From: an uncultured Gammaproteobacteria bacterium
GTDB lineage: Bacteria > Patescibacteriota > Patescibacteriia > UBA9570 > XYC2-FULL-38-9
Reading direction: 5' to 3'
Assembly: GCA_964492735.1 (NCBI GenBank)
Contig: CAZBLE010000006.1
Coordinates: 1 to 60,385, forward strand
DNA length: 60,385 nt
Every line of letters starts with the position of its first letter. Position 1 is the first letter of the stretch. Below, piece after piece: positions 7,507-15,885 of this stretch. The translations under genes were made by a program, and so were the position numbers. Under the pieces are notes generated by a model. The model was given only the letters and a program-made list of their open reading frames with translations, had not been told where the DNA came from and searched no databases.

Positions 7507-8802
7507 ATGATATTTGAAATTTTCATTGTTGTTGTGCTTATTTTTGCCAATGGTTTCTTTGCGATGTCATAAATTGCGATCGTGTCTGCAAAGCCATCTC
7601 AATTAGAAGAAAAGGCTCGTAAAGGCCACAAAGGTGCCAAAATCGCGCTCGCGCTCGCAGATCAACCGAACCAGTTTTTATCAACCATTCAAGTGGGGAT
7701 TACACTGATCGGCATTATCGCTGGTGCATATGGTGGCTCGACACTAGCAGCGCATCTTGTTGCGCCGTTGTCAGAAATTGCACTGATTGCACCATATAGT
7801 GAAACCATTGCATTTGTCTTGGTCGTTGGATCAATCACATTTTTTTCATTGATTATTGGCGAATTGGTTCCAAAACGTTTAGCGTTGTCTCACGCTGAAG
7901 GGATCGCAGCGATGACAGCGCCGGTGATGTTTTTGTTGTCTCGCATCGCGCTTCCGGTTGTGAAATTACTAACATTCACATCGGACATTGCTTTATGGAT
8001 TTTGCGGGTTGATCCAGATGCAAAAAATGAAGTCTCTGAAGAAGAGGTGAATTATTTGGTCAACGCGGGAACAGACTCTGGTGTCTTTGAGCCGGTAGAG
8101 CGTGAAATGGTACGTCGCGTGTTGCATCTTGATACACTGGCAGTCAGTAGTGTGATGACTCCGCGCGCAGAAATTATTTGGTATGACGTTGCCGATACTC
8201 CAGAAGTGAATTGGAAACGCATTGCTGAAAGCACACATTCCTATTTTCCAGTTAGTCGCGACTCGCTCGATGAAAATCTTGGAATTGCGAATGTGAAAGA
8301 CATCTGGTTTGCAGCCACACACAATGCTTCCGTCCGTGTTGAAGATCATTTGCGTGAACCGATTATTACCACTGAACATGTGCCGGTTTTGGAAGTGCTT
8401 GATGAATTCAAAAAAACCGGGCGTTCATACGCATTGGTGTTAGATGAATTTGGTGTGATTCGAGGACTGGTCACCTTAAAAGATATTTTGGAAGCAATCA
8501 CAGGCGAGATTCCATCTGCTGAAGACACAGATGATCCAGCGTCGATTGTGGAGCGAGAAGATGGTTCATATATTATTGATGCGACATTATCGATGTATGA
8601 TTTCAAAATGCATTTTGGGTTGCCGGATGATTTTTTCGGCACATCTGAAAATGAATATTCGTCTATCGCTGGCTTTATTATTGATCATTACAAAGCCATT
8701 CCAACAGCGGGCATGCACTTTTCAGTGAATGATTGGCGGTTTGAGGTGTTGGACATGGACGGACATCGGGTTGATAGCGTGCTTGTGACACGGAGTACAT
8801 AA
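7507..8802 (+). pseudogene. CNNM/DUF21-CBS-CorC_HlyC (hemolysin-family) membrane protein interrupted by an in-frame TAA at codon 22
   Basis: The frame from the ATG at 7507 reads MIFEIFIVVVLIFANGFFAMS-TAA(7570-7572)-IAIVSAKPSQLEE.... The family motif is FFxxSExAxVS, so the stop replaces the conserved Glu (GAA to TAA). The remaining 406 aa are intact. Confidence 0.7.
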
Positions 8803-8817
8803 ATCAGGCATACAACT

Positions 8818-9834
8818 ATGACGCGTAATCCAAAACATGAATTCATCAAAGGTGTTGAGCGACTCGTGAAACCGACTGACGTTGTCGCGATTAGTTTTTT
8901 GAATGCCTTTACGCGCAGGTTGCCAAAGACGGTCCAAAAAAAGTTGATGGCAAATACAGCGAAAACGATTCCGCACATGGGCTTTGTTGTGGAGCCATAT
9001 AGTTTTTTCCTGTGTTACAAAATCGCAGATCTTGCAATGGCGCAGGCGCTGATTTCTGACAAATATGTTCCAGTGAAAACAAAGATTTTTGATACAGACA
9101 CGCCGGAGTATTATGTGATCTTTGGATGTTTCACAGCGCATACCAGCGCATTTTGGGGAAGTCGGATTGAGATGTATGTGATTGCAGAAAACAAAGAAAC
9201 GGGTTTGCTGAGTTGGGTGATTGTTGATTACGATACAAATACGAATAGCTATGATCCAAAGCGGGGATTGATTGACGCGAATAGTCTCAACACCGCAATG
9301 ACAACAACCCCGCACGGTGAAGTGTTGGTGCACATGGAGCGCGATGACGCGACTCGAGCGCTGGTTGCGCACGCTGACACAACAGCTGGTGTAATGACGC
9401 GACTTGATGAGCGCTTGTGGCTTGAAGGAAATTTGTCAGTGGATTATGGAGAGGCAGCGTCTGACGGAATGGCTGATTTTTTCTCGTTGCAGTTTAACCC
9501 AGATGAAGTTGAGCAGGCGTTAGAGATTCCTGTTCAATCGGCCGCGGTTGAAGTGAATAGTTGGTATCCGGGTTTATTTGCACCGACTCCAAATAAAGTG
9601 GTTTGCTTCCCATATGCACAGCATTTTGTGACAGCAAGTTTTCACGGAATAGCATCTGATGCGATTGCAGACAAACAGGCGTTGATTGCTGAAGTTGAAA
9701 AGCTTGGTGATTTAAGTGGATTTACAGGCTTTTCCGCAAAACCGATAAAGCGACAGCTGGTGATTGGAATGGCTCTTTCGGCCCTTTTCACAACCGGATT
9801 ATTGATCTATAGTATTATTCGGACAGTTTATTAA
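8818..9834 (+). CDS. hypothetical protein with C-terminal transmembrane anchor (338 aa)
   Basis: Long ORF with C-terminal LVIGMALSALFTTGLLIYSII. No family recognised. Confidence 0.55.
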   Translation: MTRNPKHEFIKGVERLVKPTDVVAISFLNAFTRRLPKTVQKKLMANTAKTIPHMGFVVEPYSFFLCYKIADLAMAQALISDKYVPVKTKIFDTDTPEYYVIFGCFTAHTSAFWGSRIEMYVIAENKETGLLSWVIVDYDTNTNSYDPKRGLIDANSLNTAMTTTPHGEVLVHMERDDATRALVAHADTTAGVMTRLDERLWLEGNLSVDYGEAASDGMADFFSLQFNPDEVEQALEIPVQSAAVEVNSWYPGLFAPTPNKVVCFPYAQHFVTASFHGIASDAIADKQALIAEVEKLGDLSGFTGFSAKPIKRQLVIGMALSALFTTGLLIYSIIRTVY

Positions 9835-9844
9835 TAGTATTTTT

Positions 9845-9922
9845 ATGGCAAAAGGCGAATATCGCGACAAAAAGAATAAAAAGGTCAAAAAGAAAAAACA
9901 AGACAAGAAAAAAGCGGCCTAG
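9845..9922 (+). CDS. Possible 25-aa lysine-rich micro-ORF (MAKGEYRDKKNKKVKKKKQDKKKAA) abutting the ABC exporter start
   Basis: ATG at 9845. The TAG at 9920-9922 is followed immediately by the ATG at 9923. Too short to judge whether it is translated. Confidence 0.25.
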   Translation: MAKGEYRDKKNKKVKKKKQDKKKAA

Positions 9923-11677
9923 ATGAAAGATTCAAAAAAAGAGGCTTCATCAAAAAAACCGCAAGTCGAAAAACAACCAAGTGTGTTTGTTGTTCTTGCG
10001 CCATATAAACGGCAAATTTCATTGTTGATTGTTGTTGCTCTTGCAATTAATGTCCTTGCGCTCGTTTTGCCAAAAGTGATTTCACACGCCATTGATGACT
10101 TTGCACGTGGTCAATTTGATGCGCAGTATTCATCATTCTTATTCATTGGGGTGATTACCACTATTTTTGCACTGACCTATATTCAAAGTATTTTGCAAAC
10201 GATTGCCTCTGAGCGTGTCGGACGAGATTTGCGCACAGAGCTGTCAGCAAAAATTTCGAAACAGAGTTATGCCAAGATTCAAGAATTGACTCCAGCAACA
10301 TTGCTGACAAATTTAACGTCAGATATTGATGCGATGAAAACATTTGTTGCTCAGGCATTGGTGTCAATGGTTGCATCTGTTGTGACAATTATTGGTGCGA
10401 GTGGATTGTTGCTCTCAATTAATTGGAAGCTTGGTCTTGCAGTGCTCACGATTTTACCAATTATCGCTGGAACATTTTTCTTTGTGCTTTCAAAGGTACG
10501 AAAACTATTTGTCCAAACCCGTGAAGTGATTGATTGGCTCAACAAAGTGATTAACGAAAGTATTTTGGGAGCAGCCTTGATTCGCGTGTTGAACTCACAG
10601 GCATTGGAGCATGAAAAGTTTATTGCCGCGAATGAAAAGGCAAAAAGTTTAGGAATGCAGATTTTGCGCTTGTTTGCTGCGATGATTCCGGTGATTACAT
10701 TTGTAGCCAGTATGGCGACAGTGATTATTCTTGGACTCGGTGGGCACTTTGTGATTGCAGGAACAATGTCGCTCGGTGATTTTGCAGCGTTTAACAGCTA
10801 CCTCAGTACATTGATCTTTCCAATTTTCGTGATTGGATTTATGAGTAATATCATTGCCCAGGCAACAGCGTCGTATGGTCGTATTCGTGCCGTTTTGGAA
10901 TCAGAAGAAAAACCAGAAACGGGAATTATCACTGCTGACCTGAAGGGAGATGTCAGCTTTACTGATGTATCTGTGCAGTACGGTGAAAAATATGCATTGA
11001 AGGATGTAAGTTTTGAAGTTACACCTGGTAGCAAGACTGCGATTATTGGACCGACAGCAGGTGGAAAAACGCAGCTATTGTATCTACTCACTGGTTTAAT
11101 TGAACCGCAGTCGGGGGTTGTGCAATATGATGGCCATCCAATTGTAGAATATGAAACAGCGTCATTGCGCAGGCAAGTGGGAGTGGTGTTTCAGGATAGT
11201 ATTATCTTTCAATTATCAATTCGTGAGAACATTGCATTTAGCGAGGATGTCACAGAAGCAGATGTGCAAAAAGCGATTGAAGCCGCTGAGTTGAAAGATT
11301 TTATTGCCGAATTACCAGATGGATTAGATACAGTTGTATCAGAGCGTGGAACTTCATTGTCCGGCGGACAAAAACAACGGATCATGCTCGCGCGTGCACT
11401 TGCGCTCAATCCGCGTGTGTTGTTGCTTGATGACTTTACGGCTCGGGTTGATACGCAGACCGAAAAAAATATTCTCAGCAATATTGAAAAGAACTATCCA
11501 AACACAACACTCATTTCTGTGACGCAAAAAGTCGCAGCGATTGAGCACTATGATCAAATTGTCGTGTTGATGGAAGGGGAAGTATTGGCAACGGGCACCC
11601 ATGAACACTTGATGCAAACGTCGCCAGAATACGTTCAGATTTATGATTCACAGCAAAGTACACACGCATATGAATAA
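9923..11677 (+). CDS. ABC transporter, fused permease/ATP-binding subunit (type I exporter)
   Basis: Six-TM N-terminal half. Walker A GPTAGGKTQ, signature LSGGQKQR, Walker B LLLDD. Confidence 0.9.
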   Translation: MKDSKKEASSKKPQVEKQPSVFVVLAPYKRQISLLIVVALAINVLALVLPKVISHAIDDFARGQFDAQYSSFLFIGVITTIFALTYIQSILQTIASERVGRDLRTELSAKISKQSYAKIQELTPATLLTNLTSDIDAMKTFVAQALVSMVASVVTIIGASGLLLSINWKLGLAVLTILPIIAGTFFFVLSKVRKLFVQTREVIDWLNKVINESILGAALIRVLNSQALEHEKFIAANEKAKSLGMQILRLFAAMIPVITFVASMATVIILGLGGHFVIAGTMSLGDFAAFNSYLSTLIFPIFVIGFMSNIIAQATASYGRIRAVLESEEKPETGIITADLKGDVSFTDVSVQYGEKYALKDVSFEVTPGSKTAIIGPTAGGKTQLLYLLTGLIEPQSGVVQYDGHPIVEYETASLRRQVGVVFQDSIIFQLSIRENIAFSEDVTEADVQKAIEAAELKDFIAELPDGLDTVVSERGTSLSGGQKQRIMLARALALNPRVLLLDDFTARVDTQTEKNILSNIEKNYPNTTLISVTQKVAAIEHYDQIVVLMEGEVLATGTHEHLMQTSPEYVQIYDSQQSTHAYE

Positions 11678-13445
11678 GTACGCTCTTAATACAAATCAAG
11701 ATCCGACAGAAGAAGGGAGCATGAGTTCGGCTATTGTAAAACTTCGTCCATTGCTCACAAGTGAAACAGCGCAACTCATTCTTGCTGGTATTGCTATTAT
11801 TATCAATTCTACACTGACGCTGATTGGTCCGCTGATTGTCGGGCACGTGATTGATAATGCAATTGCCACAAAAGATTTTAATAGTGTATTGCGTTTTGTT
11901 CTACTATTGATTGGTATTTATTTTCTTGCATTGCTTGCAAGTTACGCGCAAACACGGATTATGGGTGGTGTGAGTCAGCGTGTATTGTATCGCTTGCGTA
12001 ATACAATTTTTGCGAAACTACAAGATTTGCCAGTTGCATTTTTTGGTGCAAATAAAGCGGGTGATTTGATTTCTCGTATTAATAATGACACGGATAAGCT
12101 CGGGCAATTTTTCTCACAATCAATCATGCAGTTTCTTGGAAATATTTTCTTGATCATTGGTTCTGGAATTGCAATCGTGTTGATTAATCCGCGCTTGGGA
12201 CTTGCCGCACTTGTTCCTGCATTTGTGCTATTCATTTTAACAAAACTTCTTGGACCATGGATTAAGCGCAAAAATGCAGTGAATATGAAAAGTGTTGGGG
12301 GAATGAGTGCTGAAATTCAAGAAAGCCTTGATCACTTTAAAGTTGTTGTTGCGTTTAATCGACGTGATTATTTTCGTAAAGCGTTTCAAGAGGCGAACGA
12401 AGAAAATTATTCAACAGCTGTCCGCGCTGGAATTGCGAATAATACATTTACTCCAGTCTATGGATTTGCGTCGAATATCGCAATTTTGATTGTGATTTTA
12501 TATGGCTTCCATTTGATTAGCGCTGGCACATTTACATTTGGATTATTGATTAGTTTTTTGTCTTACATCAATCGACTCTATGATCCACTTCGGCAAATGG
12601 CAGCGCTCTGGACTACATTTCAAGTAGCGCTCGCTGGCTGGGATCGAATTCACGCTATCTTGCAACTGGAAACAGATTTACCAGTTATTCCTGCAGATAC
12701 GGCGCAATCAAGTGCGGCTGTTACAGATGCGATTATGGAATTTCAGGGTGTCGACTTTGGATATACAGATGATGCATTGGTGCTGAACAACATTAGCTTT
12801 GCGCTTGAGCATGGAAAAGCCTACGCATTGGTTGGTCCAACAGGTGGTGGTAAAACAACAACTGCCTCGCTGATGGCTCGATTGTTTGATCCCGCAAACG
12901 GAACAGTACTTTTGAATGGAAAAGATTTGCGATCATACACAACAGATGAACGCGCGGCACAGATTGGGTTTATTTTGCAAGAACCATTTTTGTTCACTGG
13001 AACAGTGGGAGATAATATTCGCTATGGAAATTCCGAATATGCAGATGTTTCAAATGATGATTTAACCGCAGCGCTTGAGCAACAGAATTTGCATGATGTG
13101 ATTGCGAAGTTTGATGAAGGTCTTGATACAAAAATTGAAAATGGTGGTGACTCAATGAGTTTGGGCCAAAAGCAGTTGATTGCATTTGTGCGTGCGCTGC
13201 TCCGTAAACCACAATTACTGATTTTAGATGAAGCCACTGCAAATATTGATACGGTTACTGAGCAATTACTTGAAGCTATTTTACGCAAACTTCCAGAGTC
13301 AACGACTCGAGTAGTTATTGCGCATCGCTTGAATACGATTGCAGATGCAGATACCATTTTCTTCGTGAACGGCGGAACAATTACTGAGGCTGGTTCAATG
13401 GAAAAAGCCGTGGAGCTTCTGATGAGTGGAAAGCGGAAGAGTTAG
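11670..13445 (+). CDS. ABC transporter, fused permease/ATP-binding subunit (heterodimer partner)
   Basis: GPTGGGKTT, LSLGQKQL, LILDEATA. The start is uncertain (11643, 11670 or 11721). It overlaps the upstream stop. Confidence 0.9.
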   Translation: MNKYALNTNQDPTEEGSMSSAIVKLRPLLTSETAQLILAGIAIIINSTLTLIGPLIVGHVIDNAIATKDFNSVLRFVLLLIGIYFLALLASYAQTRIMGGVSQRVLYRLRNTIFAKLQDLPVAFFGANKAGDLISRINNDTDKLGQFFSQSIMQFLGNIFLIIGSGIAIVLINPRLGLAALVPAFVLFILTKLLGPWIKRKNAVNMKSVGGMSAEIQESLDHFKVVVAFNRRDYFRKAFQEANEENYSTAVRAGIANNTFTPVYGFASNIAILIVILYGFHLISAGTFTFGLLISFLSYINRLYDPLRQMAALWTTFQVALAGWDRIHAILQLETDLPVIPADTAQSSAAVTDAIMEFQGVDFGYTDDALVLNNISFALEHGKAYALVGPTGGGKTTTASLMARLFDPANGTVLLNGKDLRSYTTDERAAQIGFILQEPFLFTGTVGDNIRYGNSEYADVSNDDLTAALEQQNLHDVIAKFDEGLDTKIENGGDSMSLGQKQLIAFVRALLRKPQLLILDEATANIDTVTEQLLEAILRKLPESTTRVVIAHRLNTIADADTIFFVNGGTITEAGSMEKAVELLMSGKRKS

Positions 13446-13463
13446 TAAGTGTTTTGAAGATAT

Positions 13464-13493
13464 AAAAATAACGCCTGTGTAGGCGTTATTTTT
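13464..13493. terminator. Bidirectional intrinsic terminator between convergent genes
   Basis: AAAAATAACGCC-tgtgta-GGCGTTATTTTT, a 9-bp or longer stem flanked by A-runs and T-runs. Confidence 0.75.
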
Positions 13494-13504
13494 ATTTGTG
13501 TAGA

Positions 13505-14956
13505 TTACAACAACGTGCTCAAATCCAGTGTTTCAGTAATCTGGAGTTGATCGACAAATTCTTGGTCATGACACACAACCACAATCGCACCTTCATAATT
13601 GTTTAAAGCATCAGCAATAATCGGTAAATGACGGAAGTTAATATGATTGGTCGGCTCGTCTAAAATCAATAAGCCCGGTTCTTGCAACAAAAAGCGCGCA
13701 TAGGACAACAAGCCTTTTTGACCTTCAGATAGTTTTCCAATTGGTGTGTGAAGCGCGTCACCTTTTAACAAGAAGTGTGCAGCTGCTTGGTAGAGCTCTT
13801 GCTCACCTCCAGTGACTTGAATCGCTTTCAAGGCTTCAAAGGCTGTACTGTCAAAATCAAGTCCAGAAAAATCTTGTCGATAATATCCTTCGCGAATTCC
13901 TTCAACAATTTCCATTCCTTTTTCAGTCGCATTTGCAAGTGCTTCGAGTAGAGTTGTCTTACCAATACCGTTTGGACCAATAATATGAAGCATATCACCA
14001 CGACGCAGAGTAATGTCGACTTCTTTTTCGCGACGCTCATGATCAACAATAATTCCAACAGACCGTAAATGCAGAATTGGATTTTTCAAATCTTCTTGCA
14101 CAGGAATCACAAATGGGCGAATAGTTTTGTCTTCTTGTCGTACGCTGACCATTGCGTCTTCGCTTTCTTCAATTTCATCACGGAGTTTACTCGCGAGTTT
14201 ACGCATTTTACCACCCTTGTTTGCAAAAAAGTTGACTTTGTCCTTACGATCTTGAATAGTCTTTTTTAATTGCGCATTTTTGCGTTGTTCTCGTTCGACT
14301 TGCGCTGCAATTTCTTCTACTACATCAAAGTAATCGCCAATGTATTGTTGCGTTTTGTGTGTATGCGCGTCTAAGTGAATGACCGCGTCTGTAAAGGTAT
14401 TTAAGAAAGTTGCGTCATGAGAAATCACAATCACAGTTTTTTCGTAGCCAAGTAAAAACGCGATGAGGTGATTGATGCCATCTTCATCTAAATTATTTGT
14501 TGGCTCATCAAGTAACAGGATATCTGGATTTTGTACGAGGGCATAGGCAAGAAGCAAGCGCGCTTGTTGGCCACCGGAGAGTTTTCCAACAAGCCAATCG
14601 AGTGGCAGACTGAGATTCACTGCATCAAACACTTTAGCAATCCGTCGATCCAAGTCATAAATTGTTTCATCTACAAATGCCCGAGCAAAAAAATCAGAAA
14701 TTGAGAGTTCTAAGCAATCGCGTGGAATCACCTGCATGGCAATGCCAACACTCGCGCCGTCTTTAATGTGGATTGTGCCTTTTTCTGGTTGCAGCTCCCC
14801 GGTAATCATTTTAAAAATAGTACTTTTTCCAGCCCCATTTTGACCCATAATGGTCACTTTGCTATTTTCGCGTACAGAAAAACTTGCTTCATCAAGAATC
14901 ATTTTTTTCTCGCCGTATTTATAGGTAACGTCAGTGAATCGAATTGCGACAGACAT
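13505..14956 (-). CDS. ABC-F family ATPase (two ABC cassettes, no transmembrane domain)
   Basis: GQNGAGKST...LSGGQQARL...LLLDEPTN, then GPNGIGKTT...LSEGQKGLL...LILDEPTN. Confidence 0.85.
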   Translation of the reverse strand: MSVAIRFTDVTYKYGEKKMILDEASFSVRENSKVTIMGQNGAGKSTIFKMITGELQPEKGTIHIKDGASVGIAMQVIPRDCLELSISDFFARAFVDETIYDLDRRIAKVFDAVNLSLPLDWLVGKLSGGQQARLLLAYALVQNPDILLLDEPTNNLDEDGINHLIAFLLGYEKTVIVISHDATFLNTFTDAVIHLDAHTHKTQQYIGDYFDVVEEIAAQVEREQRKNAQLKKTIQDRKDKVNFFANKGGKMRKLASKLRDEIEESEDAMVSVRQEDKTIRPFVIPVQEDLKNPILHLRSVGIIVDHERREKEVDITLRRGDMLHIIGPNGIGKTTLLEALANATEKGMEIVEGIREGYYRQDFSGLDFDSTAFEALKAIQVTGGEQELYQAAAHFLLKGDALHTPIGKLSEGQKGLLSYARFLLQEPGLLILDEPTNHINFRHLPIIADALNNYEGAIVVVCHDQEFVDQLQITETLDLSTLL

Positions 14957-15091
14957 AGTTGTAAAATTAAGATAACCGACGCATCATACTGGTTTTTCGC
15001 AGTAAAGTCAATGTTTGCTCTTCGCAGTCTTTTTCAAAGTACTGTATACTATAGACAAGTCTCTAATTAAAAAATGAATAAAAGAGGAGGT

Positions 15092-15874
15092 ATGGCAAAA
15101 CAAACAACAGAGTCTAAAAAATTTACAAATTTACGTCGCTGGAATATCGCAATGTTTTTCTTGCATGCGATTCAAGCCGGACTCATGTTCGCGCTGAGTA
15201 GTGATTTTTCATTACCGCTCACCACGCTATTTGTTGAGTTTAATCCACAGACAATGATGCTTGCTCAAAACATTGAAGAGCTTGGCATGGTCCGCGTTGG
15301 GCCTCTGGTCGCTGGATTTTTAGCGCTGTCTGCGCTCGCGCATTTGCTGGTGTCATTGCCAGGAATTTTTCAGTGGTATGTCCGCAATCTCAAAAAAGGA
15401 GTCAACTACGCACGTTGGATTGAATATTCTCTCAGCTCATCACTCATGATTGTGGTGATCGCAATGCTGACTGGAATGTATGACGCCATTAGTTTGGTGC
15501 TCATGTTCTCACTCAATGCCATGATGATTTTGTTTGGTTGGATGATGGAGCTCCATAATCAATCAACAAAGAAAACAGATTGGACATCATATATCTTTGG
15601 TTGCATTGCCGGAATTATCCCATGGATCGCGATTGCATGTTACCTCGCATTTGCAGGTGAAGGGGATTTCAAAGCGCCGACATTCGTGTATTGGCTCTTC
15701 TTCTCCATGTTCGTGTTCTTTAATACCTTTGCAGTCAACATGATTTTGCAATACAAAAAGGTTGGAAAATGGAGTGATTATACCTACGGCGAAAAAATGT
15801 ATATCATCTTAAGTCTTCTTGCGAAAACAGCGCTTGCGTGGCAAGTGTGGGCCGGGACATTACGTCCAGTGTAA
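15092..15874 (+). CDS. Heliorhodopsin
   Basis: Strong Shine-Dalgarno sequence AAGAGGAGG 2 nt before the ATG at 15092. Family blocks as I recall them from HeR 48C12: RWIEYSLSSSLMIVVIA (counterion Glu), ILFGWMME, FGCIAGIIPWIAI, GEKMYIILSLLAKTALAWQVWAGTL (Schiff-base Lys in SLLAK). Seven TM segments. Confidence 0.85.
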   Translation: MAKQTTESKKFTNLRRWNIAMFFLHAIQAGLMFALSSDFSLPLTTLFVEFNPQTMMLAQNIEELGMVRVGPLVAGFLALSALAHLLVSLPGIFQWYVRNLKKGVNYARWIEYSLSSSLMIVVIAMLTGMYDAISLVLMFSLNAMMILFGWMMELHNQSTKKTDWTSYIFGCIAGIIPWIAIACYLAFAGEGDFKAPTFVYWLFFSMFVFFNTFAVNMILQYKKVGKWSDYTYGEKMYIILSLLAKTALAWQVWAGTLRPV

Positions 15875-15885
15875 AGAGCGCGCGT

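Noticed and set aside
8722-9372. Long antisense ORFs in the track: 8722..9372(-), 37619..38221(-), 39820..40479(-), 50993..51520(-) and 55524..56126(-).
   Set aside because: Each lies entirely opposite a gene with a clear family assignment or a better coding signal. Their products are low-complexity or Cys/Ser/Thr-rich shadow translations without motifs.
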